From a virus (lineage: Duplodnaviria; Heunggongvirae; Uroviricota; Caudoviricetes): a DNA stretch of 14,341 nucleotides. The first letter of the stretch is position 1. Every line of letters starts with the position of its first letter. Shown piece by piece: positions 7,115 to 14,325 of this stretch. The notes under the pieces were generated by a model. The model was not told the DNA's origin and did not search any database. It worked only from the letters and a program-made list of their open reading frames with translations. The DNA lies in the IMG/VR virus record IMGVR_UViG_2703718829_000006, positions 1 to 14,341 of that record; one strand, given 5' to 3'. The position numbers and the translations under genes were made by a program.

Positions 7115-8044
7115 ATGGCAAACACTGCTGAGATATTCAATTTTCCAGTGCCGGATGCGGCACAAAAGGAGCCGCGCGTGGCAGATCTCGATGATGGTTA
7201 TACGCGCATTGCAAATGAGTTGCTGGAAGTTGTGATGCTGGCCGGATTAACACAGCACCAGCTTCTGGTCTTCCTGGCTGTCATGCGCAAAACATATGGT
7301 TTTAATAAAAAACTGGATTGGGTGAGCAACGAGCAACTGTCCGAATTGACCGGGATATTGCCGCACAAGTGTTCTGCTGCAAAAAGTGTTCTGGTAAAGC
7401 GTGGGATTTTGATTCAGAGCGGGCGGAATATCGGTATTAATAATGTGGTCAGTGAATGGTCAACATTACCCGAATCAGGTAAGAAAAATAAAGTTTACCT
7501 GAAAGAGGTAAATTTACCTGAATCAGGTAAGAAAAGTTTACCCAAATCAGGTAAAGGCGTTTACCCGAATCAGGTAAACACAAAAGACAAACTAACAAAA
7601 GACAATATAAAACCTTTTTCGTCCGAGAATTCTGGCGAATCCTCTGACCAGCCAGAAAACGATCTTCCTGTGGTGAAACCAGATGCTGCAATTCAGAGCG
7701 GCAGCAAGTGGGGGACAGCAGAAGACCTGACCGCCGCAGAGTGGATGTTTGACATGGTGAAGACCATCGCGCCATCAGCCAGAAAACCGAATTTTGCTGG
7801 GTGGGCTAACGATATCCGCCTGATGCGTGAACGTGACGGACGTAACCACCGCGACATGTGCGTGCTGTTCCGCTGGGCATGCCAGGACAACTTCTGGTCC
7901 GGTAACGTGCTGAGTCCGGCCAAACTCCGCGACAAGTGGACCCAGCTCGAAATCAACCGAAACAAGCAACAGGCTGGCGTGACAGCTAGCAAACCAAAAC
8001 TCGACCTGACAAACACAGACTGGATTTACGGGGTGGATCTATGA
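7115..8044 (+). CDS. O: Replication initiation protein O (lambda O family).
   Basis: Start placed at the ATG at 7115, preceded by GGGAGG. The N-terminal domain (VADLDDGYTRIANELLE...MRKTYGFNKK) resembles lambda O. The iteron origin is embedded mid-gene, as in lambda. The stop overlaps the start of P. Confidence 0.85.
   Translation: MANTAEIFNFPVPDAAQKEPRVADLDDGYTRIANELLEVVMLAGLTQHQLLVFLAVMRKTYGFNKKLDWVSNEQLSELTGILPHKCSAAKSVLVKRGILIQSGRNIGINNVVSEWSTLPESGKKNKVYLKEVNLPESGKKSLPKSGKGVYPNQVNTKDKLTKDNIKPFSSENSGESSDQPENDLPVVKPDAAIQSGSKWGTAEDLTAAEWMFDMVKTIAPSARKPNFAGWANDIRLMRERDGRNHRDMCVLFRWACQDNFWSGNVLSPAKLRDKWTQLEINRNKQQAGVTASKPKLDLTNTDWIYGVDL
7466..7620. repeat. Origin of replication (ori-lambda-like): five 17-bp iterons plus an adjacent A-rich region, inside the O gene.
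   Basis: TTACC-N7-GGTAA palindromic iterons at 7466-7482, 7495-7511, 7514-7530, 7538-7554 and 7561-7577, followed by the A-rich tract 7578-7620. Confidence 0.8.
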
Positions 8045-8742
8045 AAAACATCGCCGCACAGATGATTAACTTTGACCGTGAGCAGATGCGTCGGATCGCC
8101 AACAACATGCCGGAACAGTACGACGAAAAGCCGCAGGTACAGCAGGTAGCGCAGATCATCAATGGTGTGTTCAGCCAGTTACTGGCAACTTTCCCGGCGA
8201 GCCTGGCTAACCGGGACCAGAACGAACTGAACGAAATCCGCCGCCAGTGGGTTCTGGCTTTCCGGGAAAACGGGATCACCTCGATGGAGCAGGTTGACGC
8301 AGGAATGCGCGTAGCCCGTCGGCAGAATCGACCATTCCTGCCATCACCCGGGCAGTTTGTTGCCTGGTGCCGAGAAGAAGCATCCGTTAACGCCGGGCTG
8401 CCAAACGTCAGCGAGCTGGTTGATATGGTCTATGAGTATTGTCGGAAGCGTGGCCTGTATCCGGATGCAGAGTCTTATCCGTGGAAATCAAACGCGCACT
8501 ACTGGCTGGTTACCAACCTGTACCAGAACATGCGGGCCAATGCGCTGACTGACGCGGAATTACGGCGCAAGGCTGCCGATGAACTGACTTGTATGACCGC
8601 GCGAATTAACCGTGGTGAGGCGATACCTGAACCAGTAAAACAACTTCCTATCATGGGCGGCAGACCTCTAAATCGTGCACAGGCTCTGGCGAAGATCGCA
8701 GAAATCAAAGCTAAGTTCGGACTGAAAGGAGCCAGTGTATGA
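8041..8742 (+). CDS. P: Replication protein P (DnaB helicase loader).
   Basis: 233 aa, essentially matching lambda P along its length as recalled (MKNIAAQM.NFDREQMRRIANNMPEQYDEKPQVQQVAQIINGVFSQLLATFPASLANRDQNE...). Confidence 0.95.
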   Translation: MKNIAAQMINFDREQMRRIANNMPEQYDEKPQVQQVAQIINGVFSQLLATFPASLANRDQNELNEIRRQWVLAFRENGITSMEQVDAGMRVARRQNRPFLPSPGQFVAWCREEASVNAGLPNVSELVDMVYEYCRKRGLYPDAESYPWKSNAHYWLVTNLYQNMRANALTDAELRRKAADELTCMTARINRGEAIPEPVKQLPIMGGRPLNRAQALAKIAEIKAKFGLKGASV

Positions 8743-9038
8743 CGGGAAAAGAAGCAATTATTCATTACCTGGGGACGCATAAGAGCTTCTGTGCGCAGGA
8801 CGTTGCTGCGGTAACAGGCGCAACAGTAACCAGCATAAATCAGGCTGCGGCTAAAATGGCGCGGACAGGAATCTTAGTCATTGATGGTAAGGTCTGGCGA
8901 ACGGTGTATTACCGGTTCGCTACCAGGGAAGAACGGGAAGGAAAGGTGAGCACGAACCTGATTTTTAAGGAGTGTCGCCAGAGTGCCGCGATGAAGCGGG
9001 TTTTATTTGTTTATGCGGCGGCGGGAGGAAATCAGTGA
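8739..9038 (+). CDS. ren: Ren (exclusion protein Ren-like).
   Basis: 99 aa (MTGKEAIIHYLGTH.SFCA.DVAA.TGATVTSINQAAAKMAR...VWRTVYYRFATREEREGK), highly similar to lambda Ren as recalled. 4-bp overlap with P. Confidence 0.9.
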   Translation: MTGKEAIIHYLGTHKSFCAQDVAAVTGATVTSINQAAAKMARTGILVIDGKVWRTVYYRFATREEREGKVSTNLIFKECRQSAAMKRVLFVYAAAGGNQ

Positions 9039-9130
9039 GGTTGACGATAACTCGTGTCTGGAGTTATATTTTGCCCGTTGCCGCAAAATCGGCACACGGG
9101 ATTGGCGTCCCGGAATACTACTCAACGCAT

Positions 9131-9151
9131 ACCGCGTTAAGCGGTTTTTTT
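9131..9151 (+). terminator. Intrinsic terminator after ren (tR2-like position).
   Basis: ACCGC-gttaa-GCGGT hairpin followed by TTTTTTT. Confidence 0.6.
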
Positions 9152-9250
9152 ATGCGCTAAGCACGGCTACGCCCAAATTATGGTGGGCTGTGTGAGGGCT
9201 TCTTCGGGAGCGCCGGGTTTGAGTAGCCGGTTACGCCAACCTTGCACAGT

Positions 9251-9283
9251 TCACCACCAGTCGATTGGCGTCGTTGGTGGTGA
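9251..9283. promoter_or_regulatory. Perfect 9-bp inverted repeat with a 15-bp spacer, just upstream of the Bro-N gene.
   Basis: TCACCACCA (9251-9259) and TGGTGGTGA (9275-9283), about 25 bp upstream of the ATG at 9308. Could be an operator or a 5'UTR hairpin. Confidence 0.4.
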
Positions 9284-9307
9284 TGGTTAACCTGATGAGG
9301 TGATACT

Positions 9308-9916
9308 ATGACTACTCAATTAGCATTCCACAAAACGACTTTTACCCCAATTTGCCACAATAACAGAATTTGGCTTACTGCCACTGAAGTTGGTTTAGCT
9401 CTGGAATATGCGGACGATAAAGCAGTTCAGCGCATTTACTCTCGTCACTCAGATGAATTTACAGATATGATGACAAGGGTGGTCAAAGTGACCACCCCTC
9501 GTGGAATGCAGGAGTCTCGAGTATTTAGCCTTCGCGGAGCCCATTTGATCGCCATGTTTGCACGAACTCCTGTAGCCAAAGAGTTCCGTCGCTGGGTTCT
9601 GGATATTCTCGATCGAGAAGTTCAACAATCCCCAATCATAAAACAATTCACTGATAACGAACTTTGCACACTTGCTTGGTTGTGGCGAGCTGGGGATGCG
9701 ATGTTAACCGCCTGCCAGAACGTTACTCCTCTTCTTCAGGTTGCGGAGCATCGTGAAGCTGGTCGCTTCACTTCTATCGAGCAAGAATATCCCCAGATAC
9801 TCAATAAGGCACAGGCAATCCTTGCCAGAGAAACGGCACATGTAAAATTCCGGCCGTGGCAGGATGATAAGTGGAGTCGAGTTTTGCCGCATTTACGTTC
9901 GGATCGATTACAGTAG
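9308..9916 (+). CDS. Bro-N domain protein (antirepressor/Roi-like family).
   Basis: 202 aa with a GAGGTG Shine-Dalgarno. The N-terminal half fits the Bro-N fold pattern (F....NNRIWLTATEVGLALEY.D......R.......T.GG.Q....I.E.G.Y.LI..S....A..F..WV...). The C-terminal half is unassigned. Confidence 0.8.
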   Translation: MTTQLAFHKTTFTPICHNNRIWLTATEVGLALEYADDKAVQRIYSRHSDEFTDMMTRVVKVTTPRGMQESRVFSLRGAHLIAMFARTPVAKEFRRWVLDILDREVQQSPIIKQFTDNELCTLAWLWRAGDAMLTACQNVTPLLQVAEHREAGRFTSIEQEYPQILNKAQAILARETAHVKFRPWQDDKWSRVLPHLRSDRLQ

Positions 9917-10377
9917 ATTCCAATTAACAATGAGAAACACATAGCCACCCCGTGGTATTGAAACCATATAATGTTGGATTTGAAAACAGATCTTTTTCCA
10001 TGTATTAATAACTACATCCCCGCGAGTGATTCAAAAAGGAGGGCCCAATTTTGTCCGAGTTTTTGTATTCCCCCGCATGCCGCTGCGGAGCACTACATCT
10101 GAGTGTCTGACTAGGGGATAAAATTAGACTGGATAGTGAGAAGAAAGTGGCGTGCTAGGCTGTGCCGAGTGCTACCAGTACACCCTGGGGGTGTGCAGCT
10201 TTCGCCGAGACTGTAGTGGGTATCGGTTAATGCACGAAAAACCGAGAGGTCAGACAACCAATTTGCCGTAGGATTGTTTCCGGTGCGATACCGGTGTACT
10301 AACTGAAAGCAATGCGAAAAAGCATAAACTCGGTCCTTCAGTCGCCCTACACACTATTTACTAAGAAGGGCTAAAGC

Positions 10378-10734
10378 ATGGATACAATTATCACATGGAT
10401 GGGAGATCGTCTGTTGGGGTGGATAACAAACAAATCCGATCTGCGGCAGAGGGCAATCACTGGATTAACTCCTGCGATTTGTTCAACAATTTTATATACT
10501 GAAAAATTAAAACGTGGTGAGCCTAATAACCCAAACGAAGAAGAAAAACTTTATAGGCTTTGGTATGAAGCGTCTTCCCAAGTCGTAGACTTTGATCGAG
10601 AGCTGGCTAAAAGATGTTTAGATAAATCAGAATATTGGCTTCATTCTGAATTATATAGCCCTGAGAAAGTTGAAGAGCTAAACATTTCTTTGGTTGGTAT
10701 GAAGGCAACGCTTGAAGGAATAAAGCACAATTAA
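10378..10734 (+). CDS. Hypothetical AT-rich orphan protein (118 aa), accessory/moron gene.
   Basis: Clean ORF with an AAGAAGGG Shine-Dalgarno-like sequence. Visibly more AT-rich than the flanking phage genes. No recognised motif. Followed by a hairpin plus T-run at 10865-10888. Confidence 0.55.
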   Translation: MDTIITWMGDRLLGWITNKSDLRQRAITGLTPAICSTILYTEKLKRGEPNNPNEEEKLYRLWYEASSQVVDFDRELAKRCLDKSEYWLHSELYSPEKVEELNISLVGMKATLEGIKHN

Positions 10735-10864
10735 AACCTTTGATTTGCGATAATCAACTCGCCATAATCATGTCATCGGAGCCTGAACAACTCCGGTGAC
10801 TTCTGCGCTAAACGGGGACGTTTATGCGCACACACAATCCAAACTCTCTTCTCCCTCCACAGAT

Positions 10865-10888
10865 GCAGAAATGCACCTGCGTTTTTTT
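10865..10888 (+). terminator. Putative weak intrinsic terminator closing the accessory insert.
   Basis: GCAG-aaatgcac-CTGC followed by G and TTTTTTT, upstream of the ybcN start. Confidence 0.4.
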
Positions 10889-10921
10889 GCATCCAACGTT
10901 TGACCTCTGCGGAGGTGAAGC

Positions 10922-11377
10922 GTGAACCTCCCACAAGACGGTATCAAATTGCATCGCGGTAACTTCACCGCTATCGGTCAGCAGATCCAGCCTTATCTGG
11001 AGGACGGCAAATGCTTTCGCATGGTGCTTAAACCGTGGCGCGAAAGACGCAGTCTTTCCCAGAATGCACTCAGCCACATGTGGTACAGCGAAATCAGTGA
11101 GTACCTCATCAGCAGGGGGAAATCGTTCGCTACTGCAGCATGGGTAAAAGATGCTCTCAAACACACATACCTCGGTTATGAAACCAAGGACCTGGTTGAT
11201 GTCGTAACCGGCGAAATCACTACGATCCAGTCGTTACGCCATACCTCCGATCTTGATACCGGAGAGATGTATGTCTTCCTGTGTAAGGTTGAAGCCTGGG
11301 CGATGAATATTGGCTGCCGCCTGACTATTCCGCAGAGCTGCGAGTTCCAGCTGCTGCGCGACAAGCAGGAGGCGTAA
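10922..11377 (+). CDS. ybcN: NinB-family protein (DLP12 YbcN-like, described as a DNA base-flipping protein).
   Basis: 151 aa, GTG start with a GGAGGTG Shine-Dalgarno. The [12 protein letters not shown] motif matches the NinB RSL.QN motif, and the overall sequence matches DLP12 YbcN as recalled. Confidence 0.8.
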   Translation: MNLPQDGIKLHRGNFTAIGQQIQPYLEDGKCFRMVLKPWRERRSLSQNALSHMWYSEISEYLISRGKSFATAAWVKDALKHTYLGYETKDLVDVVTGEITTIQSLRHTSDLDTGEMYVFLCKVEAWAMNIGCRLTIPQSCEFQLLRDKQEA

Positions 11378-11547
11378 TGACTACACCGCTTATTCGGGTC
11401 ATGAACGGACACATCTACAGAGTACCAAATCGTCGTAAGCGTAAGCCTGAGCTGAAGCCATCCGAAATACCAACACTGCTAGGGTATACCGCCAGCCTGG
11501 TTGATAAAAAATGGTTGCGACTGGCAGCAAGGAGGAATCATGGCTGA
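11377..11547 (+). CDS. ninE: NinE (small nin-region protein, 56 aa). Not in the supplied ORF track because it is short.
   Basis: The ATG overlaps the ybcN stop (TAATG). Translation [56 protein letters not shown] matches NinE as recalled. The 3' end overlaps the ybcO start. Confidence 0.75.
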   Translation: MTTPLIRVMNGHIYRVPNRRKRKPELKPSEIPTLLGYTASLVDKKWLRLAARRNHG

Positions 11548-11830
11548 TTTGAGAAAAGCAGCGCGTGGTCGGGAATGCCAGGTAAGAATCCCTGGCGTAT
11601 GTAATGGCAATTCTGAGACGTCTGTACTGGCACATATCCGGCTGGCTGGATTGTGCGGTACCGGTATCAAACCGCCAGACCTGATTGCCACCATTGCATG
11701 TTCTGCCTGTCACGACGAAATCGACCGCCGCACACATTTTGTCGATGCTGAGTATGCAAAAGAATGCGCGCTGGAAGGTATGGCGAGAACACAGGTTATC
11801 TGGCTGAAAGAGGGGGTTATTAAGGCGTGA
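11540..11830 (+). CDS. ybcO: YbcO-like protein (DLP12 YbcO family, described as a putative nuclease).
   Basis: Start at the ATG at 11540, preceded by AAGGAGGA. The 96-aa product ([33 protein letters not shown]...[11 protein letters not shown]) has conserved Cys/His and matches DLP12 YbcO as recalled. Confidence 0.85.
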   Translation: MADLRKAARGRECQVRIPGVCNGNSETSVLAHIRLAGLCGTGIKPPDLIATIACSACHDEIDRRTHFVDAEYAKECALEGMARTQVIWLKEGVIKA

Positions 11831-12189
11831 ATACCTACAGCATCACATTACCCTGGCCTCCGAGCAATAATCGCTATTACCGCCATAATCGCGGGCGCAC
11901 GCACATCAGCGCAGAGGGGCAGGCATACCGCGATAACGTCGCCCGAATCATTAAAAACGCAATGCTGGATATCGGCCTGGCTATTCCTGTGAAAATCCGC
12001 ATTGAGTGTCACATGCCGGATCGCCGTCGCCGTGACCTGGATAATCTGCAAAAAGCTGCTTTTGACGCACTTACCAAAGCAGGTTTCTGGCTGGATGATG
12101 TTCAGGTCGTTGATTACCGTGTTGTGAAGATGCCCGTTACCAAAGGTGGGAAGCTGGAGCTGACCATCACTGAACTGGGAGATGAATGA
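11827..12189 (+). CDS. rusA: RusA Holliday junction resolvase.
   Basis: 120 aa ([89 protein letters not shown]), near-identical to E. coli RusA as recalled. GTG start overlapping the ybcO stop. Confidence 0.95.
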   Translation: MNTYSITLPWPPSNNRYYRHNRGRTHISAEGQAYRDNVARIIKNAMLDIGLAIPVKIRIECHMPDRRRRDLDNLQKAAFDALTKAGFWLDDVQVVDYRVVKMPVTKGGKLELTITELGDE

Positions 12190-12326
12190 TGTTTGAGTCT
12201 TATATGGCAGAACGTCTTCGCCGCCGCTGGGTGCGCCTGCGCTTATATCATTTTCCCGGTTCTGTTTTGACCGATTACCGAATACTGAAGAATTACGCCA
12301 AAACACTGAAAGGAGCTGCCGCATGA
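12186..12326 (+). CDS. ylcG: YlcG-like small protein (46 aa). Not in the ORF track because it is short.
   Basis: ATG overlaps the rusA stop. Translation [46 protein letters not shown]. Position after rusA matches the DLP12 gene order. The stop overlaps the start of the Q-like gene. Confidence 0.6.
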   Translation: MMFESYMAERLRRRWVRLRLYHFPGSVLTDYRILKNYAKTLKGAAA

Positions 12327-13012
12327 ATACCCAATATTTACAGTATGTCCGCGAGCAACTCATGGTGGCTACCGCTGACTTGAGCGGAGCAACGAAAGGC
12401 CAGCTTGAAGCCTGGCTGGAGCATGCACAATTTGATACTGGTACATACAAACGAAAGAAGCGACGCATTCTGGATGAGGTAACTGGCAAGATTATTATGC
12501 TGGATAATCCGCCGATTTCCGGTAAACAGTCGTACGCAAAAGGTTCATCTGTCGCCCTGATCAGTCCGGTCGAGTTTTCAACCTCTTCATGGCGCCGCGC
12601 TGTTCTGTCTCTCGATGAGCATCAGAAAGCATGGTTGCTGTGGAGTTACAGTGAAAATATTCGCTGGGAGCATCAGGTTGCCATAACGCAGTGGGCATGG
12701 AGCGAGTTTAAGACTCTGTTGGGTACCAGAAAAATTGCAGGTAAGACACTGGAACGCCTGAAGAAGTTGATCTGGCTGGCGGCACAGGATGTGAAGAGCG
12801 AACTGGCAGGGCGTGAGGCTTATGAATACCAGGAACTGGCGTCACTGGTGGGAGTGACATCAAAAAACTGGTCTGAGACATTCACTGAACGCTGGGTTGC
12901 AATGAAGCACATTTTTCTACAGCTTGATAGCGAAGCTTTATTGCTTCTAACGAGAACACGTTCAAAACAAAAGGCGACATTTTCACAGCAAAATATTGCA
13001 AAACTGGATTAA
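12323..13012 (+). CDS. Putative late-gene antiterminator (Q-like). The call rests mainly on position.
   Basis: 229 aa, immediately upstream of the late regulatory region and lysis cassette, in the Q position of lambdoid genomes. Sequence is not lambda Q, and the family assignment was not verified. Confidence 0.55.
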   Translation: MNTQYLQYVREQLMVATADLSGATKGQLEAWLEHAQFDTGTYKRKKRRILDEVTGKIIMLDNPPISGKQSYAKGSSVALISPVEFSTSSWRRAVLSLDEHQKAWLLWSYSENIRWEHQVAITQWAWSEFKTLLGTRKIAGKTLERLKKLIWLAAQDVKSELAGREAYEYQELASLVGVTSKNWSETFTERWVAMKHIFLQLDSEALLLLTRTRSKQKATFSQQNIAKLD

Positions 13013-13194
13013 AAAAGCATATATTTCATATAAATCTGATATTTTGCCAATGTTGTACGCACTGGCAGTAATCCAAATTCAAGCTCGAGGTTTAAAGCCT
13101 TGGGCTTTTCTGTTTCTGGGCGGTGAGTATCCTTCCAACGTACCCCAGCCAGGGTGTCTTCAGCTGTTGAGTTGATATTGCTTAACCCTCTGTT

Positions 13195-13220
13195 GCCAGC
13201 TACATGCTGGCTTTTTTATT
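13195..13220 (+). terminator. tR'-like intrinsic terminator in the late promoter-proximal region (the target of Q antitermination).
   Basis: GCCAGC-tacat-GCTGGC hairpin followed by TTTTTTATT, between Q and the holin gene. Confidence 0.65.
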
Positions 13221-13322
13221 CCAGGCTTGCGGGGAGCATCAACTCCGTGCTTTGTCGTTAAATTACCCCGTGAGCCTGATTTCTGACATTTAACGTCCCG
13301 GCCTTTTGTCGGCGGCGAAACA

Positions 13323-13640
13323 TTGGCTATTCATATGCACGAAAAAGAGAGCCTTGCCGGAGCGTTCTGGCTCGTTTTGCTGATCATCGCAGGTTGGGGC
13401 GGTCTGGTCCGCTACCTGATAGATGTGAAGCAGAGTAAAGCAACGTGGAGTTGGATAAATGCTCTGGCTCAGATAGTGGTATCAGGATTCACCGGTGTTA
13501 TTGGTGGCCTGATCAGCATCGAAAGTGGATTCAGTATTTACATGATTCTCGCGACAGCGGGGATTAGTGGTGCGATGGGTTCGGTTGCACTGACGTACTT
13601 CTGGGAACGACTGACAGGGGTGAAAAATGCAAAATCTTAA
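13323..13640 (+). CDS. Holin (class I, three predicted transmembrane segments) with a possible dual start.
   Basis: 105 aa from TTG at 13323, with an in-frame ATG at 13335. Three hydrophobic stretches (AGAFWLVLLIIAGWGGLV, WINALAQIVVSGFTGVIGGLI, FSIYMILATAGISGAMGSVAL) and a charged C-terminus. Directly precedes and overlaps the endolysin gene. Confidence 0.75.
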   Translation: MAIHMHEKESLAGAFWLVLLIIAGWGGLVRYLIDVKQSKATWSWINALAQIVVSGFTGVIGGLISIESGFSIYMILATAGISGAMGSVALTYFWERLTGVKNAKS

Positions 13641-14103
13641 TCCTCAGCGTAAAGCTTTCCTCGATATGGTGGCATGGTCAGAAGGAACGGATAACGGACG
13701 GCAGAAAACCAGAAATCATGGTTATGACGTCATTGTTGGCGGAGAGCTATTCACTGATTACTCCGATCACCCTCGCAAACTTGTCACGCTAAACCCAAAA
13801 CTCAAATCAACAGCCGCAGGACGTTACCAGCTTCTTTCCCGTTGGTGGGATGCCTATCGTAAGCAGCTTGGCTTGAAAGATTTCTCTCCGAAAAGCCAGG
13901 ACGCAGTGGCATTGCAGCAGATTAAAGAGCGTGGCGCTTTACCGATGATTGATCGCGGTGATATTCGTCAGGCTATCGACCGTTGCAGCAATATCTGGGC
14001 GTCGTTACCTGGTGCAGGTTACGGTCAGTATGAACATAAAATCGGTGACCTGATTGCCCGATTTAAAGAGGCTGGTGGGGTGGTAAATGAAGTTGAGCTA
14101 TAA
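13627..14103 (+). CDS. R: Endolysin, lambda R-type lytic transglycosylase.
   Basis: 158 aa (NPQRKAFLDMVAWSEGTDNGRQKTRNHGYDVIVGGELFTDYSDHPRKLVTLNPKLKST.AGRYQLLSRWWDAYRKQLGLKDF...), near-identical to lambda R as recalled. Confidence 0.95.
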   Translation: MQNLNPQRKAFLDMVAWSEGTDNGRQKTRNHGYDVIVGGELFTDYSDHPRKLVTLNPKLKSTAAGRYQLLSRWWDAYRKQLGLKDFSPKSQDAVALQQIKERGALPMIDRGDIRQAIDRCSNIWASLPGAGYGQYEHKIGDLIARFKEAGGVVNEVEL

Positions 14104-14325
14104 GCTGGTTATCGCTGCATTCTTCTTTACTGTCATCGGTTCTTTCATCTGGTCTGCCAACCACTACTACAGCAAATATCAGCACGAAAAGAAACGTGCT
14201 GATGAGGCTGTACAAAATGCTGAATCTGCAACAGCCATTACCCGTAACGTCCTGCAATCACTGCAAATCGTCAATACAGTTATAGAGGTTAACCAGCATG
14301 CAAAACAGCAGATCGCACTGGAGTC
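14087..14325 (+). pseudogene. Rz-like i-spanin, truncated after about 80 codons.
   Basis: The N-terminus has a signal-anchor TM segment (LVIAAFFFTVIGSFIWSANHYY) like lambda Rz (...LSWAVNHYR...), which is about 150 aa. The reading frame runs into IS2-like terminal sequence at 14326 and stops at the window end. Confidence 0.65.

Noticed and set aside
7466-7577. Possible CRISPR array or type III toxin-antitoxin repeat RNA suggested by tandem 17-bp repeats
   Set aside because: The repeats are palindromic TTACC-N7-GGTAA units with irregular short spacing, inside the O reading frame and followed by an A-rich tract. That is the signature of an iteron replication origin, not of CRISPR repeats with unique spacers.
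6801-8279. Several minus-strand ORFs (6801..7097, 7449..7775, 7693..8016, 7986..8279) inside the YdaT-like, O and P genes
   Set aside because: All are antisense to plus-strand genes with strong homology and/or ribosome-binding sites. The 7449..7775 ORF is produced by reading the iteron repeats.
8972-9195. Two 62-aa plus-strand ORFs overlapping the ren 3' end and the terminator
   Set aside because: They overlap ren out of frame and run through the hairpin plus T-run terminator. No ribosome-binding site.
9917-10377. Retron msr/msd, or tandem-repeat type III antitoxin RNA, upstream of the 118-aa gene
   Set aside because: No reverse transcriptase gene is present in the window and no tandem direct repeats are visible in the region. 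It is kept only as a generic candidate ncRNA or leader.
10808-11164. 118-aa minus-strand ORF overlapping ybcN
   Set aside because: Antisense to the NinB/YbcN-like gene. No support.
11848-12489. 213-aa minus-strand ORF spanning rusA, ylcG and the Q start
   Set aside because: Antisense to RusA, which is near-identical to the known protein. Long shadow ORF in a GC-biased region.
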